A stretch of DNA of 63,738 nucleotides, filler included, from Candidatus Fermentibacterota bacterium (GTDB lineage: Bacteria > JAFGKV01): assembly GCA_016928395.1 (NCBI GenBank). It is 8 parts of 8 records of this genome, joined end to end, with 100 filler letters (N's around TTAATTAATTAA, not from the genome) between each part and the next. Parts side by side here need not be neighbours in the genome. Positions count along the whole stretch, not along the records: positions 39,247 to 54,081 come from JAFGKV010000229.1; positions 54,182 to 61,122 come from JAFGKV010000034.1; 6 more parts are not named here. The stretch is one strand, 5' to 3'. Made by a program: the position numbers and the translations under genes. Below, piece after piece: positions 48,573 through 58,355 of the stretch. The notes under the pieces were generated by a model, which ran no database searches, was not told the origin of the DNA, and was given only the letters and a program-made list of their open reading frames with translations. Position 1 is the first letter of the stretch. Every line of letters begins with the position of its first letter.

Positions 48573-48732
48573 TGCATGGAAGGCGGGATGAGATGAGGAT
48601 GGCAAAGGCGGGAAAGAGCATCCATTCGTCCATTCATTCATTCATTCATCGATCGATGGCAGTCCCGGCTGAATTCCGAACCCCACACGCTACAACCCGC
48701 GGGCGGAACGAGCCCGACGAGGTAAGGAACGC

Positions 48733-49704
48733 ATGGTCGTCACAGTAGTCTTGTTTGCCGCCGGGATCGGCCTACTCTGGGTGTCTTCGGTGCTAATCAC
48801 CCGCAGTGTTGGCCCCATTGCCCGGCGTCTGAGGGTCAGCGAGATGGTGGTCACCATTTTGGGTGTCAGTGTATTCTCGTCGCTGCCCGAGCTGTCAGTC
48901 TCCTTGTTTTCAGCCCTTCGGGGCAATCCCGGCGTCAGCATAGGGAACGTGGTGGGCTCCAACTTTGTGACGCTGACTTTGGTGACTGCCCTGTGCGCCA
49001 TGGTGAAGCCGCTGCGCGTCCGTGAGGAGATCCGCAGCCGGGAGAGCTCCTGGATGATCCTCTCGACCGCGATGATTCTTGTCCTGGCAATGGACGGTGT
49101 CATCACCCGGCTCGACGGAGTGGTGCTCATTGTGCTCTACGTGCCGTATCTTGTGTCGGTCATCGTGGAGGCGCGTCGCGAACAGAAGAGCACCCTCCCG
49201 GCCGGTCAGTCGTCGCCGGGGCACGTGTGGAGGCATGCCCTGCTGGCCCTGGCGGCCATCGGCGGCATCATCTTCGGCGCAGACATGGCTTTGGATTACG
49301 GCCAGACTCTGGCCGTACGGGCCGGTATTCCGCCTGTCGCACTGGGAGCGATTCTCATCGCCTTCGGCACATCGCTGCCCGAGATGGCCATCGCCCTGGC
49401 TGCGACGGCCAGGGGAAAGCCCGAGGTTACTCTGGGCGAGATCTACTCATCCAACATCTTCACGGCGCTGGCCGTCTTGGGGATCTGCGCGGTGGCGGCA
49501 CCCATGACCATCCCCGCGGCATCGATTCTCGGGTTCGATCTTCCCATGCTGATCCTGGCGGGCGTCGTAATCCAGCTTCTCATCACCACCGGGGCGATGC
49601 TCACCCGCGCAGAAGCCGTGCTTATCCTGTTGCTCTACGTATGGTTTGCCGTTGCCCACCTGGTGCCGGGGTTCATACCCGAGGGCATCGTACTGCCCGG
49701 ATAG
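48733..49704 (+). CDS. Sodium/calcium antiporter (YrbG/CaCA family)
   Basis: Two alpha repeats: SSLPEL...GNVVGSN and GTSLPE...SSNIF. Confidence 0.9.
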   Translation: MVVTVVLFAAGIGLLWVSSVLITRSVGPIARRLRVSEMVVTILGVSVFSSLPELSVSLFSALRGNPGVSIGNVVGSNFVTLTLVTALCAMVKPLRVREEIRSRESSWMILSTAMILVLAMDGVITRLDGVVLIVLYVPYLVSVIVEARREQKSTLPAGQSSPGHVWRHALLALAAIGGIIFGADMALDYGQTLAVRAGIPPVALGAILIAFGTSLPEMAIALAATARGKPEVTLGEIYSSNIFTALAVLGICAVAAPMTIPAASILGFDLPMLILAGVVIQLLITTGAMLTRAEAVLILLLYVWFAVAHLVPGFIPEGIVLPG

Positions 49705-49764
49705 ACCTCGGAGTTGCATCCGATGGGGACTTTGCGATGATCCCGCCGTGTGAGGCCGACCGGC

Positions 49765-50781
49765 CTATCCGTTGCGATTTGAGGTCTTCTTTCTTCCCTT
49801 CGCCAGCATAGACATCGCGGCGATCATCCGCTTCCATTCCTCAATCGGTCGAGCCGGAGAGCCCCACACAATCTGGCCCTTGGCAATCCTCTTGCCCGTG
49901 GGAACACCGGCCTGGGCGCCTATGATGACGCCGTCTTCGACTGTCACGTGATCAGCGATGCCCACCTGCCCGGCCAGAATGCACCTCGATCCAATGGAGC
50001 TGGATCCCGCGATGCCAGTCTGACCGCTCACGGCGGTATGGGCGCCGATGGTCACGTTGTGGCCGATCTGCACCAGATTGTCGATCTTCGTGCCGGCTCC
50101 GATCACAGTCTTCTCCAAGGCAGCGCGATCTATGGCGGTATTGGCGCCCAGCTCGACGTCGTCCTCTACTACCACCGTGCCGAGTTGGGGCACCTTCACA
50201 TAGGTTCCCCGCTCATCGTGGACATAGCCGAACCCGTCGGAGCCGACCACCGTGCCGGCATGAACGATCACCCTGTCCCCCAGATGCACGCCGGGATAGA
50301 TCACCGATGAGGGCCACAGCACACAATGAGCGCCCAGAGTTGCTCCTCTGCCGACATAGCAGCCCGCAATCAACACGCTTTGGGAGCCGATGGCCGCCTC
50401 ATCATCCACGACACAGAGGGGGCCCACAGAGACCGCTTCGCCCAGCGTCGCCGATGCCGCCACCACCGCTGTAGGGTGCACACCAGGACGGGGAAGGCGG
50501 GGAGGCGCCATGTGTTGAATGATCCGTGCGAATGCGAGGCGTGGCGACGGTGTTTCAATGAAGGTTCGCGAGTAACCCTCCGGCACAGACGGGACCACGA
50601 TGCACGCGGCGTGCCCTGCCAGGGCGGCGGCCACGGCCTTCTCCTTTTCCGCATACACGATGTCCCCAGACCCCGCATCGGCGATCCCCGAGAATCCGTC
50701 GACCACGGTTTCTGGATCACCGACTAAGCGGCCGCGGGCAATCTCCACCAGTTCAGCGGCGCGATACGCCTTGCACTTCAT
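49765..50781 (-). CDS. lpxD: UDP-3-O-acyl-glucosamine N-acyltransferase
   Basis: Hexapeptide repeats, [25 protein letters not shown]. Confidence 0.92.
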   Translation of the reverse strand: MKCKAYRAAELVEIARGRLVGDPETVVDGFSGIADAGSGDIVYAEKEKAVAAALAGHAACIVVPSVPEGYSRTFIETPSPRLAFARIIQHMAPPRLPRPGVHPTAVVAASATLGEAVSVGPLCVVDDEAAIGSQSVLIAGCYVGRGATLGAHCVLWPSSVIYPGVHLGDRVIVHAGTVVGSDGFGYVHDERGTYVKVPQLGTVVVEDDVELGANTAIDRAALEKTVIGAGTKIDNLVQIGHNVTIGAHTAVSGQTGIAGSSSIGSRCILAGQVGIADHVTVEDGVIIGAQAGVPTGKRIAKGQIVWGSPARPIEEWKRMIAAMSMLAKGRKKTSNRNG

Positions 50782-50844
50782 TCAGAGTCCTCCTTGGGCA
50801 AAAGACACGACAGGCTACAGTGGCATGGCCGATGGTTCATTCGA

Positions 50845-52350
50845 TCATGATGAGAGAGGCACCAGGGCACAGCCGTGGGTGAAGTCTGGGAACCGCATGT
50901 CCCGGGGCAGCAGCAGCCCCTTGGACCATGCGCGGTACTGGTCCCGGCGGTGCCGGTTGAACAGCACGCCTGACTGGCCGAACATGAACACACCGCGAAC
51001 CTCCCCACGTCTCCATTCCACGAGGCCGGCCAACGGCGCGCACCGTTCCCCCGGGGGTATCTCGCATTCTACCGGGCGATGCGCTCCGCCAATCCCCGCG
51101 GTGGATCGCGTCACCATATCGAGAAGGCGGAAGGGAACAGGGCACAGGGGATGAAGACATTGCGCTCCATTCGTCTTTGCGGGCGCAGGCGTGTGCCAAG
51201 GCTCTGCCCTGTGGTCTCCCGGCCAGATATCGTAGCCAGGCAGGAGGCCATTCCCCGAACGCGCACTGCCCCAGAGTCCGATCCCATCGCGAATGGTTGA
51301 GGACGTGAAGCGTGGCGACCCTTGCGTCACCCACCACTGGCCATCGTTCGCGACGGACACTGCCGAGCGCGTGGCCGACACCCGCACGGTGTCGCATGGG
51401 CCCTCAGGCGTGTCATGGAGAAACTCCAAGACACCCCGCCAGCCGTCCATGCTGGCTCGATTCCATGGGTTGACCCCGGATTGTCGCGCAACGGCCAGTT
51501 CGCCCGTGCGTGCCGCCACGTGCGGGAGAGGCCAGCCCGGGATGCTCCAGCCCCGCACGAGCTGACCCTGGGGCATGATCACCGCGGTTTCCAGCCAGGG
51601 TTGGGGAATCTGAGCTCCCCAGATCAGCCCGCACCGCACGGCATCGGCATCTTGGCCGGTTTCGATCAGGATCGGCATCAGAAACGAGCGTAGCCCTGAG
51701 GGCAGCGATGCCAGAGAGAGCGGCTGGCTCCCGACCATGATCTCACCTGGAATACCCTGCGTGCGCAGGGAGCAGGGAAGGGCAAGCCACTCAATCATGG
51801 CTCCGATGGCCAACACATCCTCCATCTGCCAGAGCGCCGGTCGCAGCCGGGCGGCCAGAAACTCAGGGGGCAGGCGAGTCGGATGGGCGCGAAGATAGGC
51901 GGAAATCCCCCATGCATAGGCCCTCAGGAGGGTTGCTTCTTCGGCGAGTCTCGGACGAAGGTCAAGTGCCTGGCGGTAGAAGCCGATTCGCCGGTGTAGG
52001 GCATCCAGGGGAAGGGCGCTATCGCCGACGACCCGGGTCAGTTCACCCCAGGCAGCACGACGCAGAATCTCCATCTGCCATAGCCTGTCCTGGGCGTGAG
52101 CATACCCCATGGAAAACAGGCCCGCCTCCGGAGAATCGGCGCATATGCATGGGACGCCGAGCCCGTCTCGAATCAACACGGCAGGGCCGGGTAACCGTTC
52201 AAGCCTGGTTACGCCACGGCCTTGGGGCCACAGGCTCAGCAGATACCCGAGGGCAATGAGCACCAGGAGGCAGAGCACTCCGGCACCATGGCGTACCGCA
52301 GTCCACCATAGAGATGACCGGCCCCGATCAGAGAAAGCAGGGCCGGTCAC
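50845..52350 (-). CDS. Shortened, degenerate penicillin acylase (Ntn-hydrolase) family protein
   Basis: RDGLGVP, GYAHAQDRLWQME, C-terminal GQSG...DQ...W; no GSNxW nucleophile motif. Confidence 0.7.
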   Translation of the reverse strand: MTGPAFSDRGRSSLWWTAVRHGAGVLCLLVLIALGYLLSLWPQGRGVTRLERLPGPAVLIRDGLGVPCICADSPEAGLFSMGYAHAQDRLWQMEILRRAAWGELTRVVGDSALPLDALHRRIGFYRQALDLRPRLAEEATLLRAYAWGISAYLRAHPTRLPPEFLAARLRPALWQMEDVLAIGAMIEWLALPCSLRTQGIPGEIMVGSQPLSLASLPSGLRSFLMPILIETGQDADAVRCGLIWGAQIPQPWLETAVIMPQGQLVRGWSIPGWPLPHVAARTGELAVARQSGVNPWNRASMDGWRGVLEFLHDTPEGPCDTVRVSATRSAVSVANDGQWWVTQGSPRFTSSTIRDGIGLWGSARSGNGLLPGYDIWPGDHRAEPWHTPAPAKTNGAQCLHPLCPVPFRLLDMVTRSTAGIGGAHRPVECEIPPGERCAPLAGLVEWRRGEVRGVFMFGQSGVLFNRHRRDQYRAWSKGLLLPRDMRFPDFTHGCALVPLSS

Positions 52351-52389
52351 CCGAATCCGCGTGTGTTGAGACGGCTGCGGAAGGATGCG

Positions 52390-52986
52390 CTAGAGCGTCA
52401 GCTTCTCGAGGCTGTCCAGGTCCACCAGTTCCATGAACTTCGTGACGGTTGCCTTCTGCCCGTCTGTCACTTCGACCGTAATCTGCACATTGTTGTCAAG
52501 CACGCAGGTCAGCTTGCCCCCGGCATTGCCGGCATCCCACTCCAGCGTGGCCTTGCGGCCCTTGACACGCACCAGTTCGCCCTGCTGCTCGCCGAACATC
52601 TGAGCCATCTTCATCATGGCGCCGAGGCCTGCGCCACCGATATCTCCGCTGGTGATCTTGAGATCGACGAATTCATCGCTGCCGTTGGATTGGTAGTTCC
52701 GTTGTGCCTCTACGAGGTTGACATTGAAGAAGGCGGCGGAAGCAGCGTCGCTTTCAACCTCCTCCGTTGCGTAGCCGGACACGGCGCTCGGTAGGTACTT
52801 CTTCAGCTCCTCCACCTGGAGCAGCCTGATCTCGCGAATCGCCCACTGCAGATCCTCAACAGCTTTGGTGTACTTGCCCTGCTTCAGCAGTTCAGAGGCA
52901 GATTGAATGAGGCTGCCGGGGTCTTCGGCGCGTGCCAAGAACGGCACCAAAACTAGAGAGAGGGCGACGATTGCTACGTACCGCAT
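52390..52986 (-). CDS. Exported hypothetical protein
   Basis: Signal peptide MRYVAIVALSLVLVPFLARA; GGAGG SD. Confidence 0.7.
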   Translation of the reverse strand: MRYVAIVALSLVLVPFLARAEDPGSLIQSASELLKQGKYTKAVEDLQWAIREIRLLQVEELKKYLPSAVSGYATEEVESDAASAAFFNVNLVEAQRNYQSNGSDEFVDLKITSGDIGGAGLGAMMKMAQMFGEQQGELVRVKGRKATLEWDAGNAGGKLTCVLDNNVQITVEVTDGQKATVTKFMELVDLDSLEKLTL

Positions 52987-53215
52987 GGAGAACCTCCTCG
53001 AATAGGGGTAAAGCAAGAACCCGCTTCGCGAGACACGGCCCGGGCATGCAGGGGGCCGAAACCACAACAAGACTCTCCGGGACTCGTGGATCGCTGCCAC
53101 GGGATTGTGACCGCCAGGCGCGACCAGCACTTCCTTAGAACAACACAATTAACCGGTTGTGGTGTTTCCTGTCCAGTCCGCCGGCCCCGTAACGCACTTC
53201 CCTGCACGACACGTC

Positions 53216-53244
53216 TTGACGGACGGCTGGGGAGGGACTAATCT
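53216..53244 (+). promoter_or_regulatory. Putative sigma70 promoter of tRNA-Asn (TTGACG-N17-TAATCT)
   Basis: Near-consensus hexamers, 17-nt spacer, about 70 nt upstream of the tRNA. Confidence 0.55.
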
Positions 53245-53313
53245 CTATCGCCGATTTCGACCTCGTCGCCATGGGGTTGTATACCCCGGCAGATGTCGCG
53301 GCATTGAGAGTCT

Positions 53314-53389
53314 TCCCCGATAGCTCAATCGGCAGAGCGGGTGGCTGTTAACCACTAGGCTGTAGGTTCAAGTCCTACTCGGGGAGCCA
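53314..53389 (+). tRNA. tRNA-Asn(GTT)
   Basis: Acceptor TCCCCGA/TCGGGGA, anticodon loop CTGTTAA, GGTTCAAGTCC, encoded CCA. Confidence 0.97.
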
Positions 53390-53390
53390 A

Positions 53391-53421
53391 GGCCCCGGGG
53401 GCACATGTCCCCGGGGCTTCC
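53391..53421 (+). terminator. GC hairpin after tRNA-Asn
   Basis: GCCCCGGGG/CCCCGGGGC stem, short U-tract. Confidence 0.55.
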
Positions 53422-53539
53422 TGCATAGTATCAAGCCATCGCAACGGAGTACAACGGCTTTGCGTCACTCGCAGGCTCCAGGGTTCGCCTTGCGAGCAGG
53501 GTCCAGGGTTCAGTCGGGCCTCTGGGTGCGCGGGGCGTC

Positions 53540-53850
53540 ATCAGTTTTTTCGAGGTTGAGAGGACGGCCGGCAGTTGGCTATCGGCTGTCAGCTATCGGC
53601 TGTCAGCTATCGGGCCTCAGCTATCAAGCCTACACGGCTCTGCGAGGAACCGTTGCCTTGTAGGGGCGGAGCTCCGACTCCGCCCGTGTCGGGCCTGAAG
53701 GCCCTCCTACTCTGTTCATGATCGTCCCTGGTCGCCCGCCGGCGGCTCGGGGTCGGTCTCGCTATCGGTGTCGTAATCGCAATCGTAATCGATGAGCCGG
53801 GGCAGTCGAGCACGAGCCTTGCATGTACTCTCAAACAAGCGGGACCTCTG
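53540..53850 (-). repeat. Composite intergenic repeat, copy 3 (diverged) containing an inverted pair of GTAG REPs
   Basis: Reverse complement shows GTTTGAGAGTACAT, GATAGCTGACAGCCGATAGCCAACTGCC and CCTCGAAAAA as in copies 1-2; REPs at 53660-53686 and 53690-53710. Confidence 0.85.
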
Positions 53851-54181
53851 AAGGCGCTGCGAGCATTATGGAGTGCGGTGGCTTGCCACCGGTTGCCCCC
53901 GCACCACTGGATGCGGGGCTTCGGATTTCCCGCGCAACGGGTTGACTGCCTATTGCCGACTGGAGACTGCCGACTTATGCGCAGCTCTCGGCTCTCAGCT
54001 GTCGGCTGTCGGCTGTCCAGGAGCTTGCTGCGCTCGCGCTGGAAGTGAGGAGTGAGGAGTGCTTCGAGGGTTGGGCCGCTANNNNNNNNNNNNNNNNNNN
54101 NNNNNNNNNNNNNNNNNNNNNNNNNTTAATTAATTAANNNNNNNNNNNNNNNNNNNNNNNNNNNNNNNNNNNNNNNNNNNN

Positions 54182-54368
54182 CGGCAGTCGGCAGTCGGCC
54201 TTGCGCAGTATTCAGAATCCAGTATTCAGAATTCAGAAGGTCCATCCAACCATTTGTCCAATCATCCATCATTCCATCGTTCCACCATTCCATCCAATCA
54301 TCCATCGTTCCAGTCTTCCATCATTCCATCATTCCATCCAATCATCCATCGTTCCAGTATTCCATCCC
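54182..54368 (+). repeat. Tandem 7/8-mer arrays (GGCAGTC, ATTCAGA, TCCATCAT-like)
   Basis: Directly visible low-complexity arrays at the contig start. Confidence 0.85.
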
Positions 54369-54860
54369 GCTGAGCTCCCGCCATCCACGGCGCAGGCGTC
54401 AGTCCAGCACCTAGCGGTGGGATTCCAGAACCACCGTCTGCTGTAAGACCACTTCGCCAGCCATGCAAGGTGCTGTGGCACGCCTGCGCACTCCGCAGCG
54501 TGCCGGGTTCCAGTTGCCGGAGGAGATCGCGGGGATTCCGAGGGAACGCCCTCACCGGCGAGTCCAGGACATTTCACGCCGGCGTCGACAGTGGCGAAGG
54601 CGGTTGGCCTTTCTGGGGCCCCAGCCTCCGCTTCTGGATCATAGTCGGCACCGGTTGCGGGGCATCGAGGGGCGACGTCAGAAGAAGGAGCGGATCTCGT
54701 GGATGGGGTACCAGGCTTCAGCGCGGACACGTCAAAGCCAGCGCTTGAGATTCGCTGTCTCATGCCTCAAGCCGATCTGCCCCAAGGTGTTAGGAAGAAC
54801 AGCATGTGACTCGGTGTGGGCGCCCACACACCTCGGCATTCCCCGCAGGAGGTGCCGGGT

Positions 54861-56828
54861 CTATCCCGCAGTATCGACCGTCAAGAACGAGGTATGGGGA
54901 GACAGGAGGCCATGCTCCAGCGCGTGGGCCTGGATGGCGGCATCGATGTCTTCAGCCGAGTCGGCCAGGGCATGGCGGATCAGCTCGGCGAGCCGGCGGC
55001 GGGCCCAGACCATCGCCAGGGCGGGATTTGTCGGGTGCATGGGCGGAACCGGCCGATTCACAGACCAGACCCCGCTGGCTCTTCGACCGGTCAGAACCAG
55101 GGCCGATGCCATCTGACTGCACCGGGCAATGAGCGTCACGGGGCGGCCAGGATAGAGATCGGGCAGGCGCCGTGGCAGGAGATCCGCGGAAGTGCCTTCG
55201 AGATCTACGGCGACGTCGGTAAGTGCCGGCCGGCTCAGGCTCTCCAGAAGCCTGCGTGCGACATCGCTGGGAGCGGCCTCGGCCTTGAGATAGGCGACTC
55301 CTCCCCGGCCCTGCACTGCCATGGCTTCAAGCAGGAGACGGTTCACCACAGTGCCCGTTCCGAAACAGAAGACGCGCATTGCCGGATCCTTGTGCAGGGC
55401 CTCGAGAACCGGCCCTGCCGGATCATCGATGTACCCGTCCGTCACCACCAGAAGCACTCTTTGCCTGCTTTGGTCATGGGGCAGTGCGAGGGCCGCTCGC
55501 AGGCCTGTCAGCATTCCTTCGCCCTCGTCCGGCGGCAGGGTGCGCAGGAGCTCGACCGCGCGAGCGATGTTCTTCGACGACGCAGGGAGCATCCGATGGC
55601 TGAAGACTTGGCCTCCGAAGCTCGCAATGGTGAACGTGTCGGTGGAATCCAGGACGGCGAGGGCTTCCTCCACCAAATGCTTGGCGGTGTGGAGGTTCAT
55701 ACCGCGCATGCTGGATGAGCAATCCAGGAGGAATCGCACGTCCAGGGGCCTTTGGGCGAGGGACCCCGCATCGGCGGGCGGGAGCAGCATGATGCCGACA
55801 TAGTCACCAGTCTGATCACGGTGGGAGAATACGCCGGTTTGGATGTCGTCAGCAGCCACAAAGCACCGGAGCACGAACGGGTCTTCTCCCGTCGTGATGA
55901 CCCCCGTGACCCGTACATCGGCCCGATCAGGAGCGGGATGCTCCACGTCTACCTCGTGGGAGGGGCTGGCTATGTCGCGGATCGGTACGCCCATGCCCAG
56001 CTCGACGGTCATCGTCACAGGGGTATGGTCAGGATGGGAATCGGGCCACCCGACTCCTTCGTCCTCCATGCCGGCGGATCTGACGGCCATGTTCAGCGGC
56101 ACCGTAAGCTGGAAGGCCGCATCGACATAGGCGAGATGGCCGCAGTATGAGTAACCGAGGTTCATGGTGTGCCCGGGCGGCACATTGTCAATGGCGTGGC
56201 GCATGGATTCCGGCTGCTGCTCGATGAGTGATGCCATGAGACCGCGTTGCCGAGCCATGCGGTAGATGGAGAGGGCCTCTTCCCGGGCGCGGATGACGCC
56301 GCGGATGGTGCGGGGGCCGAGGGTAACGGTGAAATCGCGGACCGAGGCATCCTCCGGCAGGGGGAACTCATAGACGAAGTCGGCCGTGTCGGGCGTGCTG
56401 TTCACCAGGGTGTGCCGTAGGTCTACCGTGACAACGAATCCGGTCACTTTGGCACTGATCGAGATGGGTTGGCAGAGGGATCGCATCTTGTCCACTGACT
56501 TTGTCGCTGCTGCTCCCAGAGCGGCCCCGTGCGGGGGCGCCACGGCTCTGTCACGGCGCACTATGACCCACAGTTCGTCCGCGGCGGCCCGCGGCTGCAA
56601 AACGGCATCTGCCTCATCGACGACTTGGATGTCTGATTCGGGGATCAGATAGAGCGATGGCTCCCATGTCTCCATCGCCTTCTCACGCGTCTCTTCAGCC
56701 GCGAGTCCCTTGGCCGGTGCCCGCGCCGGAGAAGGCTCACGGGCGAAACGCTCATGCCCGCAGCGACACCCCGTTGCCACCAGGGGAAGAACGAGCAGGA
56801 TTCCCGCGATCAGCCTTTGTCGTGTCAT
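54861..56828 (-). CDS. VIT + von Willebrand factor A domain lipoprotein
   Basis: Lipobox VATGC; VIT motif YEFPLPEDASV...REEALSIY; MIDAS DCSSSM and VTDG; TSF at the end. Confidence 0.9.
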   Translation of the reverse strand: MTRQRLIAGILLVLPLVATGCRCGHERFAREPSPARAPAKGLAAEETREKAMETWEPSLYLIPESDIQVVDEADAVLQPRAAADELWVIVRRDRAVAPPHGAALGAAATKSVDKMRSLCQPISISAKVTGFVVTVDLRHTLVNSTPDTADFVYEFPLPEDASVRDFTVTLGPRTIRGVIRAREEALSIYRMARQRGLMASLIEQQPESMRHAIDNVPPGHTMNLGYSYCGHLAYVDAAFQLTVPLNMAVRSAGMEDEGVGWPDSHPDHTPVTMTVELGMGVPIRDIASPSHEVDVEHPAPDRADVRVTGVITTGEDPFVLRCFVAADDIQTGVFSHRDQTGDYVGIMLLPPADAGSLAQRPLDVRFLLDCSSSMRGMNLHTAKHLVEEALAVLDSTDTFTIASFGGQVFSHRMLPASSKNIARAVELLRTLPPDEGEGMLTGLRAALALPHDQSRQRVLLVVTDGYIDDPAGPVLEALHKDPAMRVFCFGTGTVVNRLLLEAMAVQGRGGVAYLKAEAAPSDVARRLLESLSRPALTDVAVDLEGTSADLLPRRLPDLYPGRPVTLIARCSQMASALVLTGRRASGVWSVNRPVPPMHPTNPALAMVWARRRLAELIRHALADSAEDIDAAIQAHALEHGLLSPHTSFLTVDTAG

Positions 56829-57304
56829 TGAGCATCTCCGAATTCACAGCGTACCGATGCCTTGATACGCGTACCGTCACGTGTTGCGGCCACAGAGAGC
56901 ACGGGCTCGAACACGGGGGTGATCGCAGCCTTGGCCATAAGGTGAACCGTGGCTACCCGTGATCGAGTTCGGGGAAGATCGCGTGCCGTGCTGAATGCCG
57001 CCAGCGCGATGCGATTCCCCCGGAGCGCCTTCGGATCATGGTAGGGGGGACTTCGAAACGCGGGATGCTCACCCCCCTCGATGCCCACGATGATGCTACT
57101 GGCGCTGCTATCGGAGAGCTCGACCTGGTATGCGGCCAATGGCTGGCCGCCGGGATCGATGTAGACGTGCAGCGGCATGAAGATGACCGAATCGGCGAAG
57201 GCGGCGGTGTCAGGGCCGGCGGTCTCGCCTCGGCATGGGCCAAGGAACGGTAGCGTCAGCAGGGTGCAGACTACCCAGGCGCATGCACGCAAGAATGCTC
57301 GCAT
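56825..57304 (-). CDS. Exported protein with cohesin-like pattern
   Basis: Signal peptide; PLHVYID..PLAAYQVEL..IVGIEGG..RIALAAF..RVATVHL; 4-nt overlap with the VIT gene; fold assignment is inference. Confidence 0.6.
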   Translation of the reverse strand: MRAFLRACAWVVCTLLTLPFLGPCRGETAGPDTAAFADSVIFMPLHVYIDPGGQPLAAYQVELSDSSASSIIVGIEGGEHPAFRSPPYHDPKALRGNRIALAAFSTARDLPRTRSRVATVHLMAKAAITPVFEPVLSVAATRDGTRIKASVRCEFGDAQ

Positions 57305-57311
57305 TACATCC

Positions 57312-57731
57312 TCACCACAGAGCCACGGCCACCGCCGCGATGAGGTCGACATCGACCTCATCGACGAGGCCGTCTGCGTTCATATCCCACCCCCCCTCTA
57401 TCTTCTCTGTGGCTTCCATGCGCCGGGCCAGGGCGAAGGCATCGAGAATGTCTACCTCACCGTTGCCATCGATATCGCCGGGAATTGACTCCCGCGAGAG
57501 AGGCAGTATGGCCAAGATCGCCGCAGCCGCAGCCGCGGCTGCCAGCGGGAATAGGTACCGGACTATCCGGGCACGTGGTGTGGCGGCGAAATGCCGCCAC
57601 ACCGCCCGGCGGATCGTATCATCGACCTCGGCCGGCACTTCCCGAGGGGCACCGTACAGAGACCGGAGATCGGCGAGCAATGTGGCCGGGGCCTCGAGAT
57701 CGGCATCGCGAATGTCGTGGTGATCAGTCAT
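57312..57731 (-). CDS. Single-pass putative anti-sigma factor with C-terminal dockerin type I domain
   Basis: Short N-domain, TM helix, then GDIDGNGEVDILDAFAL and DMNADGLVDEVDVDLI duplicated Ca-loop-helix repeats. Confidence 0.8.
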   Translation of the reverse strand: MTDHHDIRDADLEAPATLLADLRSLYGAPREVPAEVDDTIRRAVWRHFAATPRARIVRYLFPLAAAAAAAAILAILPLSRESIPGDIDGNGEVDILDAFALARRMEATEKIEGGWDMNADGLVDEVDVDLIAAVAVALW

Positions 57732-57806
57732 GGTAGTCTCCCGAGTGTACAGCACCGTCAGGGCGCGAAAGGTTCACGCCGAAGGCAGGCACTCCCACGG
57801 CATCCT

Positions 57807-58355
57807 TCATTGAAGCTCCTCGAAGTAGCTTCGGGTGGATTCATCCTCGCGAAGCGCCTTGAGGGCATTGTGCAACCGTGACTTCACCGTTCCCAAAGGG
57901 ACGGCGAGCGCCTCGGCGATGTCTTCGAGTTTCATGTCATCGACGAATCGCATGAGAAGTACTTCGCGATGAATGGCGGGCAGTGTCGTGACTATGTCGG
58001 CGAGGCTGCGCTCTGCCCCGCTCTCCTTGGGAGGTTCACCGGCATACAGTACGATGTTCTCATCCAGAACGATGCGCCGGGTCTTCCGTAACCTGCTCAA
58101 GGCGATGTTCTTGATGACCGGGTAGAGGAAGGTTGTGAATGCAGCCGTGAGCCTGAACCCCGGGAATTTCCTCAGCAGGTAGATGAACGCTTCCTGCATG
58201 ACATCCATGGCGTCGTCGTGGTTGCCGGTGAAACGATAGGAGAGCTGAGCCGCCCAGGCTTTGTGGCGTTGGTAGAGGGCATCGAACGCGCGGGGGTCGC
58301 CCCGGTTGGCCGCCTCTACCAGTTGTTCGTCACTACGCCCATTGGATTCTGCCAC
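57807..58355 (-). CDS. ECF sigma factor
   Basis: SDEQLV, AFDALY, DVMQEAF, EDIAEAL.VPLGTVKSRLHNA. Confidence 0.93.
   Translation of the reverse strand: MAESNGRSDEQLVEAANRGDPRAFDALYQRHKAWAAQLSYRFTGNHDDAMDVMQEAFIYLLRKFPGFRLTAAFTTFLYPVIKNIALSRLRKTRRIVLDENIVLYAGEPPKESGAERSLADIVTTLPAIHREVLLMRFVDDMKLEDIAEALAVPLGTVKSRLHNALKALREDESTRSYFEELQ

Noticed and set aside
48652-48732. Possible ion riboswitch upstream of the Na/Ca antiporter
   Set aside because: No recognisable fluoride, yybP-ykoY or Na+ riboswitch consensus
53389-54081. Prophage or ICE attachment site at tRNA-Asn or tRNA-Arg
   Set aside because: No integrase and no duplicated tRNA 3' end found in the window
54182-54368. Repeat arrays as a possible CRISPR array
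   Set aside because: Units are 7-8 nt in tandem with no unique spacers, and no cas genes are in the window
54329-54763. 144-aa minus-strand ORF downstream of the VIT-vWA gene as a fifth operon member
   Set aside because: No motifs, low-complexity composition, and it ends inside the repeat array
57740-57780. GAACCT ECF-like -35 between the sigma and dockerin anti-sigma genes
   Set aside because: No convincing -10 element and no second copy upstream of the sigma for comparison
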